This document shows positions 24,601 through 35,200 of a DNA stretch of 64,000 bases, piece by piece. Location of the stretch: positions 8,804,001 to 8,868,000 of the forward strand of contig NC_134031.1 of the NCBI RefSeq assembly GCF_964204645.1, read 5' to 3'. Under the pieces are notes generated by a model, which ran no database searches, was not told where the DNA came from, and worked only from the letters and a program-made list of their open reading frames with translations. Both the position numbers and the translations under genes were made by a program. Position 1 is the first letter of the stretch. The number at the start of each line of letters is the position of its first letter. This DNA comes from Tubulanus polymorphus (taxonomy: Eukaryota; Animalia; Nemertea).

Positions 24601-26784
24601 TTTAATTTTACCTTCCGGACTGAGACCTGTATCAGTTATATTAATATCTTGAAAATTGATATTTCCAGTGTCATTTTCTAAAAATCGTTTTCTAAAATCA
24701 GAGACTTTAAATTCTTTAGGTCCCGAGTTCTTTGATTTTTCACCCTCCGAGTCACTTGATTGATTAGCCTCGGGAACTATCATATAATTCAGCGTTACAA
24801 AACCTAAAGATGTGCCTTTATGTAATTTTATCGGGGCATTCGTAAAATTGTATAGTGTCAATGGCACTGTTTTATTGCGCACCTCGACTACTGACTCATC
24901 ACTATGAATACTGTACCTCGATCCAAGATTGCGATCTGGTTCTAAAAGAACCTGGTTGCTGTCAGAAAGATAATTCGAGAGTTTACCCCTTATTTCATAC
25001 TGTGATTTCGGTGGTACTACTATTTCATTAACAGTTCTCACTTTAGCCTGATGACCCAAACCAACTTGATTTTGTAATTTTATTGGGTGTCCATTATCTA
25101 TAGACATATTTCCTGAACCAAAATCTAATACAACCTTTTTCTCATTCATGAAATCTAATCCCAATATCAAAGTTTGTTGTATAGGGCTCGCTAAATATAC
25201 TGTTTGAGAAAATCGCTCAGAACCTATTTGAATAGGTATATCTACCGTTCCTTCTAAAGATATAGGGGTTCCATTTGCTGAATGCGCCACGGTTAACGAT
25301 GCTTCGTTGATAGGTAATTTATTAAGTAGAGAAGATGAATGATAAACTCTACTATCCATTACGGAGATCATGGCTCCGCTGTCAATAAAAACATTATAAG
25401 GGGTGTTTCCTATCTTCCCATTAACTGTACTGGCTACAGATGCTAAGATGATTGGATGTTTATCATTCTCGGTACTAAAATAAGCATCCTCTGCAGGGTA
25501 TTCAGAGGTTAATGACTGTTCTCGTAAAAATTCCGAAACCTCGCCTATAACGGCTTGAGACAAGGGATCTTCACACTCGACTAGTTGGAGATCAGTAACA
25601 GCTGCCTCGCATTTATTTTGGAATTCTAACCTGGGATAGTTAGAAGATACAGCATAAGTTCCAGCAGAAATATCAATCAAAAATTCAGACACATCATTCA
25701 GAATTTCATTTCCAGACCTTGAATATGATTTTTCGCATTTTCTAAAATTAATATCGTTCGTTCCTACATTTCGACACTGAAGTTTCTGCAATTTATTTGC
25801 TGCCCACTTGCAAACTTCAATAATTTCTTCACCAGGGTCCCATAATTTAAATTCACGAGCTATTTTAGAGGTATTTTGTACTTCGGTGTCTAATTCAGAC
25901 GTTTCATCGAATTTTACATGTTTCTTAATCTTCGCCGATTCCATTTCACATTGATTTCGCGTACATGTATCTACTAAATCGTCATCGGACCTTTTGTCAT
26001 TCTCCCCAGGGTCCCAACATCTGGGTTCACGAGTTATCTTTGAGGCAATTTGAACCTCCGCATTTACGTCGGACATCTTTTCAAAACTTACACGTTTTTT
26101 AATTTTCTTAGTTTCAATTTCAAACTGATTTTGTATACACTTTTCTTCTAATTCCTTATTTGATATAATTTTGGAATTTTCCTCTCCTTCAGAGTAAGAG
26201 CTAAAACTAGAAACATTTTCATTATCTATCTTTCCGTCATTTACTGCGGTAGATTCAATCTGACTATCGCAATCATTACTAATTTTACTATCAAATTTAT
26301 TATTCATACCATCATAACTCAATGTAATATCTTCTCTATTTAAATTCAATAGACTATTCGATTCAATTCTTTCAGATTTACTTTCTGCTTCTGACAGACC
26401 TTTTTCCGGTAAATTACTATCTGTTTTCATAAACGGTTTATTTTCACTAAGTGCGGATACCCCCATAGATTCATCAGTATACACTAAACTATTCAGATTT
26501 CGTCTGGGATCCTCGCCAGCAAACCTACACATATTATACCCATCGCACCTGTCCGTTAAAATAAACTCATTACCATACAGATCGTCTGTCTTATCGTAAG
26601 CATAAGGCTCAAAATAATTCTGCTCATATTCTGAAGGGAAGTTTCTTTCTCTAAATTCATTATAGCATTGTAAATAATCATATCTATCATCATAATTAGA
26701 TTTACCTAAATGTCCGTTCGTAAATGCCGATGTGGCTATAGGACCTTGATTCACCCCGTAATCATAGGCCCTTACTCGTTTCCC
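21613..26784 (-). CDS. pol: Pol polyprotein (acidic extension - protease - dUTPase-like remnant - RT - RNase H - integrase - chromodomain), made as Gag-Pol by -1 frameshift
   Basis: FIDSGA; LDLHSGYFQI; FLDD; CDAS...ELAA...TDH; HHCC; SVD/SDRG/GLCE; GPF; C-terminal VKEIL..KIWWEGY..STFEPEENI. The frame is open back to the slippery site. Confidence 0.96.
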   Translation of the reverse strand, partial: GKRVRAYDYGVNQGPIATSAFTNGHLGKSNYDDRYDYLQCYNEFRERNFPSEYEQNYFEPYAYDKTDDLYGNEFILTDRCDGYNMCRFAGEDPRRNLNSLVYTDESMGVSALSENKPFMKTDSNLPEKGLSEAESKSERIESNSLLNLNREDITLSYDGMNNKFDSKISNDCDSQIESTAVNDGKIDNENVSSFSSYSEGEENSKIISNKELEEKCIQNQFEIETKKIKKRVSFEKMSDVNAEVQIASKITREPRCWDPGENDKRSDDDLVDTCTRNQCEMESAKIKKHVKFDETSELDTEVQNTSKIAREFKLWDPGEEIIEVCKWAANKLQKLQCRNVGTNDINFRKCEKSYSRSGNEILNDVSEFLIDISAGTYAVSSNYPRLEFQNKCEAAVTDLQLVECEDPLSQAVIGEVSEFLREQSLTSEYPAEDAYFSTENDKHPIILASVASTVNGKIGNTPYNVFIDSGAMISVMDSRVYHSSSLLNKLPINEASLTVAHSANGTPISLEGTVDIPIQIGSERFSQTVYLASPIQQTLILGLDFMNEKKVVLDFGSGNMSIDNGHPIKLQNQVGLGHQAKVRTVNEIVVPPKSQYEIRGKLSNYLSDSNQVLLEPDRNLGSRYSIHSDESVVEVRNKTVPLTLYNFTNAPIKLHKGTSLGFVTLNYMIVPEANQSSDSEGEKSKNSGPKEFKVSDFRKRFLENDTGNINFQDINITDTGLSPEGKIKLYNLLVEFKDIFAKETKELSRAKVPWEHRIHTGSSPPVRLKPYRPAVALREVEDNLIKELADKGIIRESTSEWASPCILVRKASLNPDKTPAYRLVHDYRQLNKVTKIDTFPGPTLTEIFTNIGKGKGKIFTTLDLHSGYFQIPMHSDSIDKTAFVCNSGKWEYLMMPQGLGGAPATFWRNITYVLKDLLHDICEVFLDDIIIYSEDEESHLAHLRLVFERLREANLKLKRLKCHFFSNKVKYLGYLVTEFGLLPLEEKIHKIEECATPNSLKTLRGFLGLTGFYRSFVKDYATIAKPLTLLLQKDVKFEWSDECQKSFVNLKMALQSAPVLEFPDFDKPFILQCDASNFACGMVLSQISDDGKEHPISYASKQFTKAELNYNTTRKELAAILYGVRHFRPFLYGKPFVIQTDHAALSYVKRMKNPTPQVLRVLDELSEYDFEIKHKPGRIHGNADGLSRMNFGSNTKIYELARVGVDNIRNEQLKDRHLSDMINYLENGTLSDDESEARLVLLEADQYTLNEKGVLYHIPRPSKNENGDYFLQLVVPESLKQEILQFMHDENISGHFGIPKTYSRIYRNYFWKNLYRDVSHFVSSCSNCNQRKRSNRRGHAPIQPQEIPDGPFVKISVDCVGPLTRSSDGMNQIVVFVCNFTRYCEAFAVPDITAPTIARIMYDEIFLRYAFPKELLSDRGSNFLSEIVEEILKFSNITHKKTASFNPKCNGLCEVTNKSIKSLLSMMISDNQTDWTTYLRAAVFAYNTSPMKSISNYSPFYLMFLRHPNTPLDSALLEPMYNPLKINTHVRLAQDKLRYVYKIAKGAILTAQAAFKKISDKHATPVNFEVGDHCWVFFPNFKKGLTRKLQKRYRGPFQIVKSIGPSTFRVKCVKTGKYMKSPIAADRLKKFVHRDDLPIGDQDACFGEPLRSDLANQEDELVDIPDDIFIVKEILGDKVINGKRHFKIWWEGYTKGESTFEPEENILNPSLIENYFKTKELKE
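26740..26784 (-). promoter_or_regulatory. -1 programmed ribosomal frameshift signal
   Basis: G GGA AAC (26784-26778) one codon before the gag stop, 6-nt spacer, then stem GGGCCTATGATT..AATCAAGGTCC; the -1 frame reads RVRAYDYGVNQGPIA into pol. Confidence 0.85.
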
Positions 26785-27917
26785 GGAGGCGGGGTCTCAA
26801 ATTCATATAAACTATTCACTGTGTGCGTTCTATCTCGTGGTATAAATGATTGAGCTTGCTGTCTAAGAGGCGGCGGTTCACGTGAATTATCCTGATAAAC
26901 TGAACTTCCCCGGAAACGATCAAATCGATTATCAGCTGGTTGCCTCACTTGCGAATATTGTCGTTGCGGTAGACGGTTGGAATTTGTCGGATTATTATAG
27001 TTTTGCCGTGGACTCCGACATTGTCGGGCGATATGACCACGACGACCACAATTATGGCATATTCGGCATCTTGATGTTGTATGCCCTACCGTTTGACAAT
27101 ACTCGCAGTATGGCCGACCATCCGACAATCTAATCGGTCGAGATTTGTTTTGACTCGTTTCACCCTTTTGTAACTGCAACAACTCAGTCAATTTCTCATT
27201 TAAACCTTTTACTTCCTGCTCTAAGGCTATCTGGCGGGAATAATCTATATTCAATGACCTGATTGATGCCTGTGCCGGCGATATTTTTTCAAGTTCCTGC
27301 GATAATCTGGCATAAGTTATCGCCTGGTCAAAATTGATTGGGCATTTCCCAATTACAAACGCCTTTGTGGCTGGTAGCAACCCATGCAGAAATGGCTGCA
27401 ACAGGTCCTCACCCGACTTCTCAAGTTTACCAGCCAAGTAAAGTAACCTCCTAATATACGAGTCAAGTGACTCACCTTCATTCATCTTCAACATGTAAAA
27501 TTGTTGCTGAGTCACAAATTGCATGTCCTTATTCTTAAACTTTTCTTTAAACAAATCTACAATTTCCTCTAAAGATCTTTCTATGATCTTATTTTCCGCA
27601 TCTAGCGGAGGGTTTGATCGTAAATAGTAATAGTACTCTCGGGCACGCCCTTTCAAGTACATCGGTAAAGCGGCCAGCGCTTTACTCTTCTTCCACCCCC
27701 CAAACTCAACTCTTATTTGAAAATCCCGCAAAAAATCTACAATATCTTCATCTGCATCCCCAGAAAAGTGAATATCAGGCCTAAAAGCTAGCCCGTCTGG
27801 GGTGACCGTTGTCCCCGCTTCCAAAGTAGCAATTTGAGTCTGCAACTGATTAATTTTACTCACAAAGTCTGGTGATGTAGCTTGACTGTTTTCCAAACTA
27901 AAGACCGGCACATTCAT
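26772..27917 (-). CDS. gag: Gag with two CCHC zinc knuckles
   Basis: Capsid-like FSGDADEDIVDF..LPMYLKGRAREYY; MHR-like MNEGESLDSYIRRL; CEYCQTVGHTTSRC and CHNCGRRGHIARQC. First ATG at 27917. Confidence 0.93.
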   Translation of the reverse strand: MNVPVFSLENSQATSPDFVSKINQLQTQIATLEAGTTVTPDGLAFRPDIHFSGDADEDIVDFLRDFQIRVEFGGWKKSKALAALPMYLKGRAREYYYYLRSNPPLDAENKIIERSLEEIVDLFKEKFKNKDMQFVTQQQFYMLKMNEGESLDSYIRRLLYLAGKLEKSGEDLLQPFLHGLLPATKAFVIGKCPINFDQAITYARLSQELEKISPAQASIRSLNIDYSRQIALEQEVKGLNEKLTELLQLQKGETSQNKSRPIRLSDGRPYCEYCQTVGHTTSRCRICHNCGRRGHIARQCRSPRQNYNNPTNSNRLPQRQYSQVRQPADNRFDRFRGSSVYQDNSREPPPLRQQAQSFIPRDRTHTVNSLYEFETPPPGNE

Positions 27918-27924
27918 TTTCACA

Positions 27925-27933
27925 ACTTACGTC
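27925..27933 (-). promoter_or_regulatory. Predicted splice donor upstream of gag
   Basis: Minus strand GAC|GTAAGT, 13 nt upstream of the gag ATG. Confidence 0.65.
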
Positions 27934-28050
27934 AAATTTTCTTCACGTCCAAAGTATTTGAGTCTTCCGTTCGCGCTTGAATTTTCCCGAGTTCGCTGTT
28001 GTTATAGTTTTCTTCTGCGCTCACTTTTCCTCTTAATAGTTGTCAAAAAT

Positions 28051-28068
28051 TGCCCGGGTTCTCCACCA
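28051..28068 (-). other. Primer binding site, probably tRNA-Ala
   Basis: TGGTGGAGAACCCGGGCA one base after the 5' LTR; complementary to a tRNA 3' end ..TGCCCGGGTTCTCCACCA, resembling eukaryotic tRNA-Ala. Confidence 0.75.
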
Positions 28069-28069
28069 T

Positions 28070-28493
28070 TGATCGATTGCCTCTAAGATGTCTTCTCTCC
28101 AAAAATCAAACTAACGACCAGGCAATCTCATAGGATCTACTGCTGACAACTGTCCTGGTGGCTGCCAAAAATTGAACTCCCTCTCTCTACTTGTTCCCCA
28201 ACTTAACTAGTATCTCCCTCTACCAAGTTTCAACCACGTGATCTCTCCCTACCAAATTTAGTGTGGTTTCTACAGAATCTGCAGCCTCCATCAACCACTC
28301 TCCGCCTAGAAATATATTCCCAACCACCAACACTACATACCAAGTTTCTGAATCATGTTTTCTGAACTATTCCCTTAGACTAAGATATTTCTTGTTTGCT
28401 TCGTTAAACCCAACTGTTCCCATTAAATCATTATTTTTTCCCAGACGTTACTAATATTTATTTCATTATTTGGTTAACCCTAGTCAACTATCA
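28070..28493 (-). repeat. 5' LTR (424 bp)
   Basis: Direct repeat of 17024-17447. Confidence 0.96.
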
Positions 28494-31400
28494 GTGGCTC
28501 CGAGGATCGCCACATCACAGGTTACTGTGAATAAATGGGATTCGACCATTCAAAAGTTCAAAATGTACTTTCTTGTTTTGTAAAACAAGTTTATTCATGT
28601 CGTTATATAAAGCATTTTGTTTGAAACATTCTTTAATAATGTTTGTTGAGTTTAAAGCCAATTGTCGTTGTGTAATTCGATACTGGTCACTGAAATCAAA
28701 GTTTTAGTTTCTGTTCACATGTTTCGACTTATAAATATCCAACTTGTATGTTCTATCTTTTAATACAGGCCATGTGATTAATAGGCTTTTTTACATTACC
28801 GCTGTTGCCGATACAATCCGTTTGATATCATTCAGCTCACTTCGATCTACAAATACTCCGTGCAAATTTTGAAGAATCGACGTTGCAAAAGCACTGTCGG
28901 GCCGTAAACATCGAAAATTGAGCCCCATTCAAAGAGCCGACATGTTTTTCTGAGTCGTCTTTCCGAAATCTACCGCACGTTTCTTGTCACATCGATTATC
29001 AATTCAAGCATAAATTAACAAATTTATTACCCAAAGATTGCACATTCTGTCGCGGTTTTTAAAAACTAATTTTAACAATAACCCATTTTCCTCATCAAAT
29101 TATAATACCAATACACAGGAAATTTACTACTTTAGATTTTAAAAGCACTGTCGAGCCGTAAACATCGACAAATCGACCTGTGTCACTAAATCGTCGTTCC
29201 GGGAATCAGCTGCGAGTTTCTCCTCATTCTGAGAATCAAATCGAGTACAAATTAATTTATTACTACCAGTGATTTGGCTGCGGGCGTCAAGCAGTTAATT
29301 TAGCAATACCTATTTTTCTCTACCAAATTTACTGTGTTTTTACTAAGATAAATCATAAGTGTACCGGGGAGTCGTAGGCCTAAACTAAACACGCCGAAGA
29401 GATAAAGCGGAGAAAAGCTGTTATGTCGACGCGGTATCAAAATAAAAGAATATATTAGTTAAGAATATATTAGTTTTGTCGCCTGGACAATTCACCATTT
29501 TGGTTTTGTCGCCCGCGACAATTCATTATTTTGGTTTTGTCGCCCCGACAATTCTTTTTTTGGTTTTGTCGCCAGCGACAATTCATTAGTTTGGTTTTGT
29601 CGCCCGAGACAATTCAATATTTTGGTTTAATCGCCCACGACAATTCATTACTTTGGTTTTATCTCCAGCGACAATTCATTATTTTGGTTTTATCGCCCGC
29701 GACAATTCACCTGTCTTTGCTGACTGGGAATAAGATATTTCTCAGCGCGAAGGGGGCGAAGCGCAGCGTCACCAGGTCCCGCTCCGCGAGAAAGCTAGAT
29801 TTTCAAAGAAATGAGTGCACGCGACGGCCGTGACTACTTGTTAGTGACGTCACCAAGAATGGTGGCTCCGAGGATCGCCACATCACAGGTTACTGTGAAT
29901 AAATGGGATTCGACCATTCAAAAGTTCAAAATGTACTTTCTTGTTTTGTAAAACAAGTTTATTCATGTCGTTATATAAAGCATTTTGTTTGAAACATTCT
30001 TTAATAATGTTTGTTGAGTTTAAAGCCAATTGTCGTTGTGTAATTCGATACTGGTCACTGAAATCAAAGTTTTAGTTTCTGTTCACATGTTTCGACTTAT
30101 AAATATCCAACTTGTATGTTCTATCTTTTAATACAGGCCATGTGATTAATAGGCTTTTTTACATTACCGCTGTTGCCGATACAATCCGTTTGATCTCATT
30201 CAGCTCACTTCGATCTACAAATACTCCGTGCAAATTTTGAAGAATCGACGTTGCAAAAGCACTGTCGGGCCGTAAACATCGAAAATTGAGCCCCAATTCA
30301 AAGAGCCGACATGTTTTTCTGAGTCGTCTTTCCGAAATCTACCGCACGTTTCTTGTCACATCGATTATCAATTCAAGCATAAATTAACAAATTTATTACC
30401 CAAAGATTGCACATTCTGTCGCGGTTTTTAAAAACTAATTTTAACAATAACCCATTTTCCTCATCAAATTATAATACCAATACACAGGAAATTTACTACT
30501 TTAGATTTTAAAAGCACTGTCGAGCCGTAAACATCGACAAATCGACGTGTGTCACTTAATCGTCGTTCCGGGAATCAGCTGCGAGTTTCTCCTCATTCTG
30601 AGAATCAAATCGAGTACAAATTAATTTATTACTACCAGTGATTTGGCTGCGGGCGTCAAGCAGTTAATTTAGCAATACCTATTTTTCTCTACCAAATTTA
30701 CCGTGTTTTTACTAAGATAAATCATAAGTGTACCGGGGAGTCGTAGGCCTAAACTAAACACGCCGAAGAGATAAAGCGGAGAAAAGCTGTTATGTCGACG
30801 AGGTATCAAAATAAAAGAATATATTAGTTAAGAATATATTAGTTTTGTCGCCTGGACAATTCACCATTTTGGTTTTGTCGCCCGCGACAATTCATTATTT
30901 TGGTTTTGTCGCCCCGACAATTCTTTTTTTGGTTTTGTCGCCAGCGACAATTCATTAGTTTGGTTTTGTCGCCCGAGACAATTCAATATTTTGGTTTAAT
31001 CGCCCACGACAATTCATTACTTTGGTTTTATCTCCAGCGACAATTCATTATTTTGGTTTTATCGCCCGCGACAATTCACCTGTCTTTGCTGACTGGGAAT
31101 AAGATATTTCTCAGCGCGAAGGGGGCGGGGCGCAGCGTCACCAGGTCCCGCTCCGCGAGAAAGCTAGATTTTCAAAGAAATGAGTGCACGCGACGGCCGT
31201 GACCACTTGTTAGTGACGTCACCAAGAATGGTGGCTCCGAGGATCGCCACATCACAGGTTACTGTGAATAAATGGGATTCGACCATTCAAAAGTTCAAAA
31301 TGTACTTTCTTGTTTTGTAAAACAAGTTTATTCATGTCGTTATATAAGGCATTTTGTTTGAAACATTCTTTAATAATGTTTGTTGAGTTTAAAGCCAATT

Positions 31401-31894
31401 GTCGTTGTGTAATTCGATGCTGGTCACTGAAATCAAAGTTTTAGTTTCTGTTCACATGTTTCGACTTATAAATATCCAACTTGTATGTTCTATCTTTTAA
31501 TACAGGCCATGTGATTAATAGGCTTTTTTACATTACCGCTGTTGCCGATACAATCCGTTTGATATCATTCAGCTCACTTCGATCTACAAATACTCCGTGC
31601 AAATTTTGAAGAATCGACGTTGCAAAAGCACTGTCGGGCCGTAAACATCGAAAATTGAGCCCCATTCAAAGAGCCGACATGTTTTTCTGAGTCGTCTTTC
31701 CGAAATCTACCGCACGTTTCTTGTCACATCGATTATCAATTCAAGCATGAATTAACAAATTTATTACCCAAAGATTGCACATTCTGTCGCGGTTTTTAAA
31801 AACTAATTTTAACAATAACCCATTTTCCTCATCAAATTATAATACCAATACACAGGAAATTTACTACTTTAGATTTTAAAAGCACTTTCGCTTA

Positions 31895-32271
31895 GCTGTT
31901 ATGTCGACGAGGTATCAAAATAAAAGAATATATTACTTTATTCGCCCGCGGGCCTCTATATCAATACCATCAATACTCTATATTTCCTACAGTACATACC
32001 GATCATTGTCAAATCCACAAGGTATTTACTAATTACAAGTATATAACACACTCCTATCCGTATGCTGGACTCACACTTGACATTCGGAGTAAGCGTTCGC
32101 TGTGGGGGAAAGGAGATCGTTCGCTGTGTCGCTTGAAGTGTTTATCGAGTTTTACGCGACCTTAAAGCTTTAGTATGGTTGCTGATAAGATAAAAAAACA
32201 CGAATATGCAAATGAGGGCGACATTACGACAAAACGACAAAACTAAAATAACGCGAGAAAACAATGATTTT
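31895..32271. repeat. Satellite-flanking unique segment, inverted copy of 8375-8760
   Basis: Same pseudo-ORF start MQMRATLRQNDKTKITR at 32206(+) and within 8093-8470(-); further partial copy at 38265-38540. Confidence 0.85.
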
Positions 32272-35200
32272 GATTTTGTCGCCCGCGACAATTCATTATT
32301 TTGGTTTTATCGCCCACGACAATTCATTAATTTGGTCTTATCGCCAGCGACAATGCATTATTTTGGTTTTGTCGCCCGCGACAATTCTTCTTTTTGGTTT
32401 TGTCGCCCACGACAATTCATTATTTTTGTTTTATATTTTGTTTTTGTCACACGCGACAATTATCTTTTTTGGTTTTGTCGCCCGCGACAATTCAATATCT
32501 TGGTTTTGTCGCCTGAGAAAATTCATTATTTTTGTTTTATCGCCCGCGACAAATCATTATTACGGTTTTATCGCCCGCGACAATTCATTATTTTGGTTTT
32601 GTCGCCCGCGACAATTCACCATTTTGGTTTTGTCGCCCGCGACAATTCATTATTTTGGTTTTATATTTTGTTTTTGTCGCACGCGACAATTATCTTTTTT
32701 GGTTTTGTCGCCCGCGGCAATTCACCATTTTGGTTTTGTCGCCCGCGACAATTCATTATTTTGGTTTTATCGCTCGCGACAATTCATTATTTTGGTTTTA
32801 TCGCCCGCGACAATTCATTATTTTGGTTTTATCGCCCGCGACAATTCATTATTTTGGTTTTGTCGCCCGCGACAATTCATTATTTTGGTTTTGTCGCCCC
32901 GACAATTCTTTTTTTGGTTTTGTCGCCCGCGACAATTCATTAGTTTGGTTTTGTCGCCCGCGAAAATTCAATATTTTGGTTTTGTCGCCCGCGGCAATTC
33001 ATTAGTTTGGTTTTGTCGCCCGCGAAAATTCATTAGTTTGGTTTTGTCGCCCGCGATTATTCATTATTTTGGTTTTATCGCCCGCGACAATTCATTATTG
33101 TGGTTTTATCGCCCGCGACAATTCATTATTTTGGTTTTGTCGCCCGAGACAATTCATTATTTTAGTTTTATCGCCTGCGACAATTCATTATTTTGGTTTT
33201 GTCGCCAGCGACAAATCATTATTTTGGTTTTGTCGCCTGGACAATTCACCATTTTGGTTTTGTCGCCCGCGACAATTCATTATTTTGGTTTTGTCGCCCC
33301 GACAATTCTTTTTTTGGTTTTGTCGCCAGCGACAATTCATTAGTTTGGTTTTGTCGCCCGAGACAATTCAATATTTTGGTTTTATCGCCCACGACAATTC
33401 ATTACTTTGGTTTTATCTCCAGCGACAATTCAATATTTTGGTTTTGTCGCCTTAAAAAAATCATTATTTTTGTTTTATCGCCCGCGACAATTCATTATTA
33501 CGGTTTTATCGCCCGCGACAATTTAATATTTTGGTTTTGTCGCCCGCGACAATTCACCATTTTGGTTTTGTCGCCCGCGACAATTCATTATTTTGGTTTT
33601 ATCGCTCGCGACAATTCATTATTTTGGTTTTATCGCCCGCGACAATTCATTATTTTGGTTTTATCGCCCACGACAATTCATTATTTTGGTTTTGTCGCCC
33701 GCGACAATTCATTATTTTGGTTTTGTCGCCCCGACAATTCTTTTTTTGGTTTTGTCGCCCGCGACAATTCATTAGTTTGGTTTTGTCGCCCGCGACAATT
33801 CAATATTTTGGTTTTGTCGCCCACAACAATTCATTAGTTTGGTTTGTCGCCCGCGATAATTCATTATTTTGGTTTTATCGCCCGCGACATTTCATTATTG
33901 TGGTTTTATCGCCCGAGACAATTCATTATTTTGGTTTTGTCGCCCGAGACAATTCATTATTTTAGTTTTATCACCTGCGACAATTCATTATTTTGGTTTT
34001 ATCGCCAGCGATAATTCATTATTTTGGTTTTGTCGCCTGGACAATTCACCATTTTGGTTTTGTCGCCCGCGACAATTCATTATTTTGGTTTTGTCTCCCC
34101 GACAATTCTTTTTTTGGTTTTGTCGCCAGCGACAATTCATTACTTTGGTTTTATCTCCAGCGACAATTCATCATTTTGGTTTTATCGCCCGCGACAATTC
34201 AATGTTTTGGTTTTGTCGCCCGCGACAATTCACCATTTTGGTTTTGTCGCCCGCGACAATTCATTATTTTGGTTTTATATTTTGTTTTTGTCGCACGCGA
34301 CAATTATCTTTTTTGGTTTTGTCGCCCGCGACAATTCACCATTTTGGTTTTGTCGCCCGCGACAATTCATTATTTTGGTTTGATCGCTCGCGACAATTCA
34401 TTATTTTGGTTTTATCGCCCGCGACAATTCATTATTTTGGTTTTATCGCCCGCGACAATTCATTATTTTGGTTTTGTCGCCCGCGACAATTCATTATTTT
34501 GGTTTTGTCGCCCCGACAATTCTTTTTTTGGTTTTGTCGCCCGCGACAATTCATTAGTTTGGTTTTGTCGCCCGCGAAAATTCAATATTTTGGTTTTGTC
34601 GCCCGCGACAATTCATTAGTTTGGTTTTGTCGCCCGCGAAAATTCATTAGTTTGGTTTTGTCGCCCGCGATTATTCATTATTTTGGTTTTATCGCCCGCG
34701 ACAATTCATTATTGTGGTTTTATCGCCCGCGACAATTCATTATTTTGGTTTTGTCGCCCGAGACATTTCATTATTTTAGTTTTATCGCCTGCGACAATTC
34801 ATTATTTTGGTTTTATCGCCAGCGACAAATCATTATTTTGGTTTTGTCGCCTGGACAATTCACCATTTTGGTTTTGTCGCCCGCGACAATTCATTATTTT
34901 GGTTTTGTCGCCCCGACAATTCTTTTTTTGGTTTTGTCGCCAGCGACAATTCATTAGTTTGGTTTTGTCGCCCGAGACAATTCAATATTTTGGTTTTATC
35001 GCCCACGACAATTCATTACTTTGGTTTTATCTCCAGCGACAATTCAATATTTTGGTTTTGTCGCCTGAAAAAATTCATTATTTTTGTTTTATCACCCGCG
35101 ACAATTCATTATTACGGTTTTATCGCCCGCGACAATTTATTATTTTGGTTTTGTCGCCCGCGACAATTCACCATTTTGGTTTTGTCGCCCGCGACAATTC

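Larger units (their letters stand above)
17024..28493 (-). mobile_element. Full-length env-bearing Ty3/Gypsy LTR retrotransposon (errantivirus-like), 11470 bp
   Basis: Two 424-bp LTRs TGAT..ATCA, 4-bp TSD GTGG (17020-17023, 28494-28497), empty sites in neighbouring tandem units, PBS, PPT, intact gag, pol (PR-RT-RH-IN order) and env. Confidence 0.97.
15497..31885 (+). repeat. ~1369-bp tandem repeat, about 3.6 units, unit 2 interrupted by the LTR element
   Basis: Units start ACCTGTCTTTGCTGACTGGG at 15497, 16867, 29709, 31078; each full unit ends in ~8 satellite monomers; near-identical 100-aa pseudo-ORFs at 16689, 29531, 30900. Confidence 0.93.
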
